The position numbers and the translations under genes are program-made. A stretch of 64,000 nucleotides of DNA from a virus. Taxonomy: Duplodnaviria; Caudoviricetes. This document shows, piece after piece, positions 1 to 9,106 of the stretch (positions are counted from its first letter, which is position 1; each line of letters opens with the position of its first letter). The notes under the pieces were generated by a model that was not told where the DNA came from, ran no database searches, and saw only the letters and a program-made list of their open reading frames with translations. The DNA lies in IMG/VR virus record IMGVR_UViG_3300048881_000698, positions 96,001 to 160,000 of that record; one strand, written 5' to 3'.

Positions 1-885
1 GCCTGGAGAATATCTTAATACTTCGCCATTAAATTGCCCATCGCTTAACAGGCTTTCAAATGCAGTTGTCTGATAATCGTTTACTACAGTGAGGCCACCT
101 CTTGCGGTGTCGGTGCCAATTCCGACTCCATTATTCCCACCATCAACAAACAGCATATGAGTGTTGCCATCTGATTCAACACGAAAATCACAATCGATGC
201 TGTCATCATTAACAATTACCTCACAAGGCTGTGCCGCAGATGTAGCGCTTCCAGCGTGATTTGTCCCAGCGTCTTTACGCTCGCCTCCAATTGAGAAAAG
301 GTTTTTCAGACCGGCAGTACCTGCAGTTCCGCCGGCCATGACGTTCATTACGATCTTACCACTTTCATCAGTGTGTGTGACGTCGGAAATAGTACCTACA
401 ATGCTGCCAAACGTTGTAAACTGGTAAGTGTCAGAACCTACCGCAGCTGCGTCGGCTGAATCGTGTCCGCCAAACACAATTGAACCCAAGGTATCTTCAT
501 CAGCGTTTGCTGTTGCCCAAGTTCCGTTCTTGGTATTCTTGAGCTGCAGCGAAAGTCCTGAAGCATTATTACCCTCATCTACAATTGCAAAATAACCACC
601 ATTAATCCCCTGGTCGGAGAAGAAATTAAACCCCATACCTTCGCTGTAAACACTGGCTTGAAATTCTCCATAAGAGTTATATGTTATCCTAGAGTCTTCG
701 CCAGTGCCCCATTGAATAAACTGGCCTTTATCTAGGATCATAGACCCGGCAGCGGGATCATCGGCGCTGCCGCCAGTTAACTTTCCGCTTTTGATACCAG
801 CGTAAAGAGCAATTTTTGCTACGAGTTTTTGTTCAGTCCACTCCCCTATTGTTCCAGGGCGATGGGTATGATACCGCGATCCCAT
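1..885 (-). CDS. Tail-fibre-like virion protein (partial, runs off window start)
   Basis: Not in the ORF track. My translation from ATG at 885 reads MGSRYHTHRPGTIGEW... and stays open to position 1. It contains DFRVESDGNTHMLFVDGGNNGVGIGT, a repeat typical of phage tail fibres, and has GAGG upstream. Confidence 0.7.
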   Translation of the reverse strand, partial: MGSRYHTHRPGTIGEWTEQKLVAKIALYAGIKSGKLTGGSADDPAAGSMILDKGQFIQWGTGEDSRITYNSYGEFQASVYSEGMGFNFFSDQGINGGYFAIVDEGNNASGLSLQLKNTKNGTWATANADEDTLGSIVFGGHDSADAAAVGSDTYQFTTFGSIVGTISDVTHTDESGKIVMNVMAGGTAGTAGLKNLFSIGGERKDAGTNHAGSATSAAQPCEVIVNDDSIDCDFRVESDGNTHMLFVDGGNNGVGIGTDTARGGLTVVNDYQTTAFESLLSDGQFNGEVLRYSPG

Positions 886-897
886 ATGTTTTGAACC

Positions 898-1329
898 TCA
901 CTGATTAACGGCGTACGCTATGCCTACAGTAATTAGAACTCCAGTTAAGATACCGCCTGTGAGCCACCAGTGAGAATATTCATTAGGTTGTTTTAAAACA
1001 ATATTTTGTAATTTATTGATTTCGTCGTCTTTTATCTCGACCATAGAATCGTATTTGATCTTAAAAGCATCTAAACTTATTTGCAAATTAGCTAAACTCA
1101 AATTACATTCAGCATCTAATCGCTCTTCTAGTACACGGAGGTTCAATTTATGTTGTTCAATCAGAAATTCTCTTTGTGCGATAGTTTCTGCTATAGCTGT
1201 TGGGTTATACAACACACCTGAGAAAGGGGCTACGTCTCCTTCGTTCAAAGGAGAGATTTTTGGAAGTTCATCTGCAAATAAAGTAAACGGAAAAAGTACT
1301 AAAAGTAATATTGCAATAATCTTGTTCAT
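898..1329 (-). CDS. Membrane protein: N-terminal signal peptide, coiled coil, C-terminal TM helix (possible spanin-like lysis protein)
   Basis: MNKIIAILLLVLFPFTLFA signal and C-terminal WWLTGGILTGVLITVGIAYA; 4-bp overlap with the upstream gene. Confidence 0.5.
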   Translation of the reverse strand: MNKIIAILLLVLFPFTLFADELPKISPLNEGDVAPFSGVLYNPTAIAETIAQREFLIEQHKLNLRVLEERLDAECNLSLANLQISLDAFKIKYDSMVEIKDDEINKLQNIVLKQPNEYSHWWLTGGILTGVLITVGIAYAVNQ

Positions 1330-1733
1330 TTCAGTATCTCAAACCCAAAAGCTTCTTTAACTAACTCTGCTAGCTTTTCCGGATCTTCACCGTGTTCTTT
1401 GACAATCTCTTTAACTTTTCTTTTTTTAGCAAGAGTCAACTTCTTGTTTTCTTCTTTAAGTTTCTCTTCAATAATCTTAATAGTTTCTTGATACTTTTTT
1501 AAGTTCTCATCTCTTTTTCTTATTTCTTCAGAGTGAGTACTGTTGAGTACATCAACTTCAGATTTGTGGGCTTCTTTGGCTGCGGTCAGAGCATCTAAAG
1601 CATTTTGTGCATTCTTACTAAAGAGCATGTACATTATTACGGTATATACTAATAACGCAATAATTTTCCAATTGTGTTTACACCAAAGCCAAACTTTTTG
1701 AGTCGAGTGTTTTACAACTAGCCAACTTATCAT
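1326..1733 (-). CDS. Single-TM coiled-coil protein, putative i-spanin (Rz-like)
   Basis: N-terminal TM (IIALLVYTVIMYMLF) followed by a charged coiled coil; lies directly downstream of a holin-like gene. Confidence 0.45.
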   Translation of the reverse strand: MISWLVVKHSTQKVWLWCKHNWKIIALLVYTVIMYMLFSKNAQNALDALTAAKEAHKSEVDVLNSTHSEEIRKRDENLKKYQETIKIIEEKLKEENKKLTLAKKRKVKEIVKEHGEDPEKLAELVKEAFGFEILK

Positions 1734-1927
1734 TGATTGCCATGTTTCCAGGCCGTGGCCATGTCAACAAGTGCTTGAGTTCCAATGTACGCTAGTGTAA
1801 CCGCAACCCAATTATCACTGGTGACTGAACCATGAATAGCCAGTCCTGTAGCAGTGACCCAAGCCAAAAATTTACGACTTATGAATCTCTCTACATGTTT
1901 GTCAGCAAAAGCTTTTAATCTAGCCAT
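1730..1927 (-). CDS. Putative holin (two TM helices)
   Basis: 65 aa with an SRKFL motif then two hydrophobic segments; GGAGA RBS. Confidence 0.55.
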   Translation of the reverse strand: MARLKAFADKHVERFISRKFLAWVTATGLAIHGSVTSDNWVAVTLAYIGTQALVDMATAWKHGNQ

Positions 1928-1958
1928 TATTATCTCCTTTATTTCTCACGTGATATAT

Positions 1959-2168
1959 CTAGTAACCTTCTAAAAATAATTCATATTCTTCTAGGCTTTC
2001 ACCAAGTTTTTCTAAGACGTATTCTTTTTCGTTATATGAAGCGAACGCATCCTTATAAGTATCTCTAACTTGAGCTGCTACTTCTGCGATTCGTTCTAAT
2101 TTTGCAGCCTTCTTTACAAGTTCTTCTAGTGGTAGTTCACTAGTGGTAATTCTCTCAGCTGTTTGCAT
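1959..2168 (-). CDS. Hypothetical protein
   Basis: 69-aa ORF with AGGAGA RBS, co-oriented in the operon. Confidence 0.7.
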   Translation of the reverse strand: MQTAERITTSELPLEELVKKAAKLERIAEVAAQVRDTYKDAFASYNEKEYVLEKLGESLEEYELFLEGY

Positions 2169-2182
2169 GTATATTTTCTCCT

Positions 2183-5100
2183 TTAATAATTAACATAAGC
2201 AAAGTTGCCCTTCTTCTCGATCTCAATTGTCATATCTGCACAATCTTTTAGAGTGTCCAAATGGGAAATGAGAAGAACAGTTTTAAAATATGATTTGACC
2301 ATATCTAATATTCGTATGAAACCTTCCATATTTTCTTCGTCTAAAGCCGTTGCTGGTTCATCTAATATAAATAGATCTGGTTTCGGTAAACTTGATACAT
2401 TCAACAGTGCCAAACGAATTGCCATTGCGGCAATTGTTTTTTCTGAGCCTGAACCTAGTTCAATTGGTCTTGCATCAAATTTGGGGTGTTTGATAAAGAT
2501 TTCGAGTTTTTTATCTTCTGCTTCGAAGAAAACTTCAAAGTCGACGATGTTCGCCAACACTTTAGCTATCTCCACGTTGATAATCGGGAGGCGCTTTTTG
2601 ATGATGTCATATGCAATTCCGTTGGAATGTGTACACCTCATAAACAAGTCGTAAGCTGCGAATTCCTCGCGGAGAAGTCGAAGCTCTTGTTTACCATTTT
2701 CAAGATTTGTCAGCATCTGCTCAACTGAACCATGTTCTTTCGAAAGATCGATAAGGCAGTCTTGACATACTAACAAATTGTCTTTTTCTTTTGCCATAGC
2801 TCTCAAGAAATTATCTTTTTCAAAGTTTAGTGCTTCCAGGTTTTCAATCGCTAACTTATTCTTGTTATATTCTGCCACTTTTTCATTCATTTGTTCAACT
2901 TCTTTTTTGAATCCAACAATCTTTGTTTTATTTTTCTGAATTTCTAACTCATAAGAAGAAATTTCAGTATTTAAATAACTTTGTTTTTCTAGAAGCTTGT
3001 TATACTTTTCAATGTGTTCTTCGATCTTCTCCGGATCGATCTCTTGAATTTCAGCAGATGTTTTTGTTTCTGCATTCTTCAATTTAGTAATATCTTGCTT
3101 TACCTCGTCAAGTTGCCCTAAAGCCTCGTAAGCATCTTTGATAAATTTACAATGAGAGTATTCCTCACCGCAAGGAACTTCTTCTAAAAGTGCAGTTTTT
3201 CCTTCTTTAACCTTAAGTTTAGTTTCATACAGTTTGATATCGTTGGTGATCAGATTTAGTTGATTTTGTTTCTCGACAACAACAGATTTATTATTTTTAA
3301 TCTCTTCGATATCAAAACCGTCATTCAAAAAACTCTCAATTTTACGCAAAAGTTCATTATCAATTTTAATATTTTCAAAGAATTTTTTATTTTTTTCAGT
3401 CAATAAGTCTTTTTGTTTTTGATTCTCTTCTAAAGACTTTTCTACTTTATTTATATCAATCATTTCAACTGGAATAGTGTTTATTCTTTCTTTGACGTCA
3501 TCAACTTGCTTTTGATAGGTGTCTACTCTTTCCACCATGTCTTTGCAAATGTTTTCCTGTTTTTCAATTTCATTTTCAACATTAACGAGCTTTTCATTTA
3601 CTTCTTCAATTTGTTCATCAAACTCTGTGCCTTCCAATCTTTTAAGAGCACCTCTCAAATCGGTCGCATCTTCTTTTGCTAATTTAAATTTACGTTCAAA
3701 CATCTCTAAGTCAAGAAATTTGGCAAGAATTTCTTTTCTTCTTGTCGAGCCTTCACTGATAAACATAAGAGAGCCAAGTTGAGAAGCCATTGAAGTGAAA
3801 AGAAAATCATCCATTGTCCCAAACATCTTCCTTATGCTTCTATCGGTATCATTTCTTGATAACCCGTTCAAACTAATGTTTTCTCCAACAACTTCATCGT
3901 ACCTTGAGAATTCTATATCTGTTTTGGCTTCAACTGTTGTATTGCCGTGAAGTTTCTTTTCATACTTTTCTGAGGTTCTTTCGATTTCATAAATATTGTG
4001 ATCGACTGAAATCTTTGCCTTTGCTCGGCAATCGTCTTTCGTCTGATTAATCAAATGAAGATTCTTTCGGTTATTTTTAGAAGTGGAATTGTAAATTGCA
4101 TATAGCAAACTGTCAATAATGCTTGATTTTCCGGAAAAGTTCTTCCCAAATATGCCTACAACTCCGTTTAGTTTACCAAAATCGATCTTGTTTTTCTCAC
4201 CATAATTGAACAAATTATCCCATTCAATACTTTTGAGTGTCCAATTGATATTTCTTGCCACTTCTTCATCCTCTTCAACGACAGAGCTATATTTCTTGTT
4301 AAGCTCTAAAACTTTTTCCAGTACTTCATCGCTTGGATCGTAGTCCTTAAGGTAATCCTCAATAAGTCTTTTTTGTACTACCAAATCTCGCAGATTTTCT
4401 TGGAAAATATTTTTGATAGAATCGGCAATGTCAATTCTATCTCCATATGCCCTATTCAAAAATGTCACACTTTCTGGTTTGAACTTACTTTTTGCTACAT
4501 CGACCGCTTTCTTCAGAACATCTAATGAAAGATTGTTATTAGAAACTAAACGGAGGCGCGATCCATTTGGTACCTTTACCTTGTTCGGTATCCTTCCTTT
4601 TGGTGTAAGTTCGACTGTAACAAACGGCTTTGGGTTAACAAAGGCAACGTGTTCGACGTCCCAGTCATCGCGATCTCGAATATCCCAAATCAACAAACCT
4701 TTATCATTTGTCTCTCCTTGATTTTGCTGAATCGTGCTGCCTGGATAACGAATTCGACCTTCATGATCTAGTGCCTGATTTGTTTTGTGGATATCTCCAA
4801 GAAAGGCAAAATCATATTCTTCAAAAATTGATATATCGTTCTCGCCATGCTCCATTGTCCAGCCAAGATCAGTTTTAACTCCAGAAATAGAGCCATGATA
4901 AAGAGCAATGTTAATTTTGCTTTTATCGCTTGAATCAACCCAATTATCTTCGTCAAAAACCGAAAGCACGTTCAAGGTAAACTTGTCATTCAGTACAACC
5001 TCACCAGAAGCCTTCAGGAGGCACAGATTTGGGTGTTCTAGGGCCTCAACGATAGGAGTGATGGCATCCTGCCTACTCGAGTTTCTCAGGTTCCCATCGT

Positions 5101-5344
5101 GGTTTCCTGGGATTACATAAGTGGGAGCAATATCCGCTAAACTCTTAAGAAAATTGGACGCCATCTCGAAATACTCAGGACTCAATTGAGTCTTTGTATG
5201 GGCTAGATCTCCACAATGAATAATGCAGTCTACTTTCTCTTCTCGCAACTTGTCGTATATCTGGTCAAAAATTATACGATATTCATAATGATATTTTAAA
5301 TTACGGATATGCGTATCCGCAATGTGCGCAAACCTCAAATTCAC
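2183..5344 (-). CDS. Fused Mre11/SbcD-type nuclease and Rad50/SbcC-type ATPase (T4 gp47+gp46-like)
   Basis: Metallophosphoesterase motifs ADTH, GDLAH, GNHD and GDIH; Walker A GKNFSGKSS; long coiled coil; Walker B FILDE; ISH H-loop. The true start may be the TTG at 5338. Confidence 0.93.
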   Translation of the reverse strand: MNLRFAHIADTHIRNLKYHYEYRIIFDQIYDKLREEKVDCIIHCGDLAHTKTQLSPEYFEMASNFLKSLADIAPTYVIPGNHDGNLRNSSRQDAITPIVEALEHPNLCLLKASGEVVLNDKFTLNVLSVFDEDNWVDSSDKSKINIALYHGSISGVKTDLGWTMEHGENDISIFEEYDFAFLGDIHKTNQALDHEGRIRYPGSTIQQNQGETNDKGLLIWDIRDRDDWDVEHVAFVNPKPFVTVELTPKGRIPNKVKVPNGSRLRLVSNNNLSLDVLKKAVDVAKSKFKPESVTFLNRAYGDRIDIADSIKNIFQENLRDLVVQKRLIEDYLKDYDPSDEVLEKVLELNKKYSSVVEEDEEVARNINWTLKSIEWDNLFNYGEKNKIDFGKLNGVVGIFGKNFSGKSSIIDSLLYAIYNSTSKNNRKNLHLINQTKDDCRAKAKISVDHNIYEIERTSEKYEKKLHGNTTVEAKTDIEFSRYDEVVGENISLNGLSRNDTDRSIRKMFGTMDDFLFTSMASQLGSLMFISEGSTRRKEILAKFLDLEMFERKFKLAKEDATDLRGALKRLEGTEFDEQIEEVNEKLVNVENEIEKQENICKDMVERVDTYQKQVDDVKERINTIPVEMIDINKVEKSLEENQKQKDLLTEKNKKFFENIKIDNELLRKIESFLNDGFDIEEIKNNKSVVVEKQNQLNLITNDIKLYETKLKVKEGKTALLEEVPCGEEYSHCKFIKDAYEALGQLDEVKQDITKLKNAETKTSAEIQEIDPEKIEEHIEKYNKLLEKQSYLNTEISSYELEIQKNKTKIVGFKKEVEQMNEKVAEYNKNKLAIENLEALNFEKDNFLRAMAKEKDNLLVCQDCLIDLSKEHGSVEQMLTNLENGKQELRLLREEFAAYDLFMRCTHSNGIAYDIIKKRLPIINVEIAKVLANIVDFEVFFEAEDKKLEIFIKHPKFDARPIELGSGSEKTIAAMAIRLALLNVSSLPKPDLFILDEPATALDEENMEGFIRILDMVKSYFKTVLLISHLDTLKDCADMTIEIEKKGNFAYVNY

Positions 5345-5358
5345 CCTCTATTGTTATA

Positions 5359-5387
5359 ACGATAACACACGTTTATGACTTTGTCAA
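5359..5387 (-). promoter_or_regulatory. Sigma70-type promoter upstream of the Mre11-Rad50 fusion
   Basis: Minus strand reads TTGACA-N17-TATCGT with an extended -10 TG. Confidence 0.65.
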
Positions 5388-5653
5388 GATCTTTTTTCTA
5401 CAAAACACTCTGCCACAACTTGAAATGCATCTTGCCATTGGGATTTTACAATCTCTAATCTATCAAATATTTCATTTGCTAAAATCATTTCAGGTCCATC
5501 AATTATATAAATTTTATTAGTAGTTTCATCATAATATTGTGCGTGCAGATCGACGAAATGTTCTAGTTTTATTTCAGCAAGTCTTTGTTCATAGTTTTCA
5601 TCAACTTCATCTTGAATTAAAGTCTCCAGTTCTGCTTCGGAATATATTGGCAT
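5384..5653 (-). CDS. Hypothetical acidic protein
   Basis: 89-aa ORF immediately after the primase stop, with GGAG upstream. Confidence 0.7.
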   Translation of the reverse strand: MPIYSEAELETLIQDEVDENYEQRLAEIKLEHFVDLHAQYYDETTNKIYIIDGPEMILANEIFDRLEIVKSQWQDAFQVVAECFVEKRS

Positions 5654-5655
5654 CT

Positions 5656-6585
5656 TTAAAGCTCCATCATTTTATAAAGTAAATAGTCGTCATTTTTAAT
5701 ATTAATTGCTTCTTGTTTTCTCAAATTAAACTCTTCTTTAGTCATGGCGCCGACATCATCAAAGCCAGATGTATCCACTTTAAAGACTTCTACTCCGTAT
5801 GACAATAATTTAAAAATAATTTTCTTACTTTTTTCTTCGGCATCTTTGTCTAACGCAATAAAAATTGAAGAATCGTTTTTAACAATTTCTTGAAAAAGTT
5901 TCGATTCTTCGCGAAGCGTTGAACCTAAAAGAGGTACTGAATTAGGTCCAGCTTTTATTGCGTCAAATGCCCCTTCAACCAATATTACATCCGAATCCCA
6001 ATCAATATATAAGTGATTAAAAACAATATCCTTAGATAAAGATGGGTTCAAATATTTTCTCCAGTCACTATTATAAGTCCTCGATACAAAATAGTTGATA
6101 TACCCTTCCTCGTCAAAAGAAGGAATGATAACTCTCTCAGCATACAAACCACGAACACAATAACCTATTTTCCATCGAATTATATCTTCTTGATTGATCC
6201 CTCTGTTCTCTAAATAATTTCTAGCCTTTTTAGAACAAAGTGTTGTCTCTTTTCCTGTCAAAGTTAGAAATTCCTTCGGAAGAGCAACCCTTTGTCTATA
6301 TTCTGGTGTGTATCGACGTTCAAAAATATCGTCAAATTTAGAAATATCTTCTTTATCACCATGTTTGTCCCATTCTTGCAGATGTTTAAACGTTCCAAAT
6401 CTCTTAATAAGCCTTCTAACACTTTTTCCATATACATCACAGACCCAACACTTGTAAGCACTTTTCTCTAAATTGATTGACAGCTTTCTCTTGTGATGTT
6501 TACAATATGGGCAATAAAACAGAAGTTCTTCGCTTGATGCGTGAAAATTGCCCAGAACTTCTTTTAAGATTTTTCTTTTATCCAT
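5656..6585 (-). CDS. DnaG-type DNA primase
   Basis: N-terminal Zn finger CPYC...CWVC, YLENRGI, KYLN, and TOPRIM motifs VEGAFD and DKD. Confidence 0.92.
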   Translation of the reverse strand: MDKRKILKEVLGNFHASSEELLFYCPYCKHHKRKLSINLEKSAYKCWVCDVYGKSVRRLIKRFGTFKHLQEWDKHGDKEDISKFDDIFERRYTPEYRQRVALPKEFLTLTGKETTLCSKKARNYLENRGINQEDIIRWKIGYCVRGLYAERVIIPSFDEEGYINYFVSRTYNSDWRKYLNPSLSKDIVFNHLYIDWDSDVILVEGAFDAIKAGPNSVPLLGSTLREESKLFQEIVKNDSSIFIALDKDAEEKSKKIIFKLLSYGVEVFKVDTSGFDDVGAMTKEEFNLRKQEAINIKNDDYLLYKMMEL

Positions 6586-7091
6586 CCTGCTTTTGCAATT
6601 ACGTAAGAATCGGATTTATCATATGTTCCAGCTTTTGGGTTTCCGAATTTAGTATATTCTATCACAAAACTAGGTTCGTTGTCAAGAACATATTTCAAGA
6701 CAACCTCTTTTGCGTTTTCTCCCCTCGGCACTTTTATCCCACAAGCCTTTCTGCTCGTAAAAGCTGCAATATACTCTGGCATTTTCTTATATTGATCGTA
6801 GCAAATATAAGAAACTATACCATTAAACTGTACCAACATCGACAAGATTTTTGCTGAAGAGAATCCCGGTCTAAATGCCTGTAATGTCTTTTCAATATAA
6901 ATCTTGTCCGGTTTTCCATAGGTATTGAACAATTGATCGATTTTGTTTTTGACTCCATCAATTTTTGAGAACAAATCGGGGAAAGTTTTTTTATTCCTCA
7001 AATCCCAAGATTCATTATAAATCATTTTTCCATTGGAGTCTAGTATTGTTGCACCACTTATAGATGTGGACAAATCTAATCCTAGTATCAT
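6564..7091 (-). CDS. RuvC-like Holliday junction resolvase
   Basis: RNase H-fold pattern ILGLDLSTSISG...IYIEK...KEVV...DKSDSYVIA. Confidence 0.85.
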   Translation of the reverse strand: MILGLDLSTSISGATILDSNGKMIYNESWDLRNKKTFPDLFSKIDGVKNKIDQLFNTYGKPDKIYIEKTLQAFRPGFSSAKILSMLVQFNGIVSYICYDQYKKMPEYIAAFTSRKACGIKVPRGENAKEVVLKYVLDNEPSFVIEYTKFGNPKAGTYDKSDSYVIAKAGWIKEKS

Positions 7092-7103
7092 TTTAATATG
7101 ATA

Positions 7104-9080
7104 TCAAATATCGAGCTTTAATTTAAATGTCAGGTCTCGATCTTCAGTCTTTTTTACAGGTGTGGCCAATTTTGCAATTGCAATTAAATTTTTATTTTCG
7201 TCGTATACACCAATTTTAGAAATGTAAGTTTGTTTTCTAAAACTTGCAGTATGGTTTGCATAAGAGCTGCTAACTATATTTTTGATGACCATCTTGTCAT
7301 ATTCTACATAAGATTGCGAAACATTAAAAACTGGCCAGTTTGACCCAGAAAATTTGCTATTGTCAACATACCCTGGACTTCCGCCAGTAAAAGCCTCGAC
7401 GCCATGGGCGCCCGCGGGCGTGGTGTTGTTAACTATCAACCTATCGCCACTCACCAGCGTGCCAGCAATTGCCTTATTTCCGACGGTGCCGGCAGTTTTC
7501 ATTTTTAAAGTTATAACGATGGGAGACTCGGCGTCATTGTTTTCAACGTCAGATACATACATGTCGATGTTGCCGGCATCGGCTGCTAAATCTAGAGCAA
7601 TTTTTAGGGCCTCGGCGAAATCGACAGCATTGCTAGCTTGCGTACCAGCAACGATGGTTGAACTGGTATTCTCGAATTCGGTGACTGTAATTGTATGTGT
7701 CGTACCATCAGAATTGGTTAATATTAATGTTAAATCTTCCAGGCTGGCACCACCGCCGTCGGTGGTCATCAGCGTAGCAGTAGCATGTGCTAGCGGCTTT
7801 GTTGCGTTTGATTCAATATAAGTGGGGTTATTAGAGTGATTAAGCTCTGCTATTGGAGCATGAGCTAACATGGTAACAACAGGAACACGATTCACTCCTT
7901 CAAACGCAAGAGAGAAACTTGATGACGGCAAATGAAAGGTATCAAGCGATCCTGTCGCAAATTTGCCATATCCACTGTGATCTTTCCCACCAGCGTCTGA
8001 ATTGGCGTGGCGCAGAGGAGCTGATCTTTCAATTCCTGTGCCAAAATAAACCCATCTAGGATTATCAGCTGATGGCGTGGTCGGCGATAATGGAACCTTT
8101 GTTTTATAAAACTCTGTGTGCGGTGACCTAGGATAAGCAGGTTCGTTAGTGCCGGGCAGGCTAGGTATTTTTGGGTCAGTCGTGTTTGTATCTGTTCTGT
8201 TTGTTAAGTCCCAACTTCCGGTTAACAAGATAAATCCTTCTTTATAAAGAACTGTGCCGGCAACACTGCCAGTCTGAGATCCGGTTACCTCGATCAGCTC
8301 TCCATTTTTATATTTGTCCATGCACTGTCCGATAAGCGTGCCAGATACATAAAATCTAAGATCTACACTGCCCTTTCTAATAGATGAACCATAAAAAATA
8401 GAAGGAATACTAATAAGGTTAAGTTCTGCTATGTTAAGGTCCCGTTCCGGATCTGACATTTTATAGGTATGTCCAGGGCGGTCGCGGTCACGCTGACTGC
8501 CGGTAAATGTATAATGCTTGCTCAAAGGTATATACTCATTTAAAACATTTCTAAGAGCGTCAATATGTGAATATTTAACAGGTACATTTTCAAGACCTGC
8601 ATACTCTTTTTGATGATCTGAAAATCTATCCTGACCTTCACTATAATATTCTCTTTGAATACTAGCTGACATCGGATAAGAAAAACTAGCTGTTAAAATA
8701 TCACCATATTGTAATGCATTAAACGTATCAGTAGTCACTGTTTTGAAAGTGTGGAGGCCGCCCGCTTTAGTTATAAATGGGTGAATAATAGTTTTTTTGT
8801 AGCCGGCGTCTTCATTCGCGGCGATGGATTGCGCATAGTCCCAAGTATGTGAAGGTCTATCCCTATCAACGTTCATTTCATATAAGCTTATGTAACCACT
8901 AGGAACGCTTGGTACATCTGAGTTTTGATTGTCTTCGGCCCAAATATTTCCTTTGGAGCCGCGTCGCGTTGGCATGTTATTATAAAAAATGCTAGCGCTA
9001 TAAATAAAAAAAACAGATTTAGGATTAGTCTCTATTTGGTTGTAAAAAATATCATCTTTGGAAAATCGATAATATGGCAT
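7104..9080 (-). CDS. Virion structural protein with a tail-collar/DUF3751-like C-terminus; carries an inserted ATAT...FTGG module
   Basis: C-terminus YISKIGVYDENKNLIAIAKLATPVKK...KLDI; paralogous to 9107..10267. Confidence 0.65.
   Translation of the reverse strand: MPYYRFSKDDIFYNQIETNPKSVFFIYSASIFYNNMPTRRGSKGNIWAEDNQNSDVPSVPSGYISLYEMNVDRDRPSHTWDYAQSIAANEDAGYKKTIIHPFITKAGGLHTFKTVTTDTFNALQYGDILTASFSYPMSASIQREYYSEGQDRFSDHQKEYAGLENVPVKYSHIDALRNVLNEYIPLSKHYTFTGSQRDRDRPGHTYKMSDPERDLNIAELNLISIPSIFYGSSIRKGSVDLRFYVSGTLIGQCMDKYKNGELIEVTGSQTGSVAGTVLYKEGFILLTGSWDLTNRTDTNTTDPKIPSLPGTNEPAYPRSPHTEFYKTKVPLSPTTPSADNPRWVYFGTGIERSAPLRHANSDAGGKDHSGYGKFATGSLDTFHLPSSSFSLAFEGVNRVPVVTMLAHAPIAELNHSNNPTYIESNATKPLAHATATLMTTDGGGASLEDLTLILTNSDGTTHTITVTEFENTSSTIVAGTQASNAVDFAEALKIALDLAADAGNIDMYVSDVENNDAESPIVITLKMKTAGTVGNKAIAGTLVSGDRLIVNNTTPAGAHGVEAFTGGSPGYVDNSKFSGSNWPVFNVSQSYVEYDKMVIKNIVSSSYANHTASFRKQTYISKIGVYDENKNLIAIAKLATPVKKTEDRDLTFKLKLDI
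7380..7784 (-). repeat. Inserted domain module type D (single copy), ATATLMTT...EAFTGG
   Basis: GC-richer in-frame segment absent from paralog 9107..10267; shares termini and the ITL..TAG..GN..I motif with the repeated modules A-C. Confidence 0.65.
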
Positions 9081-9106
9081 TCTTGCATTTCCTACTAATC
9101 CTTATC

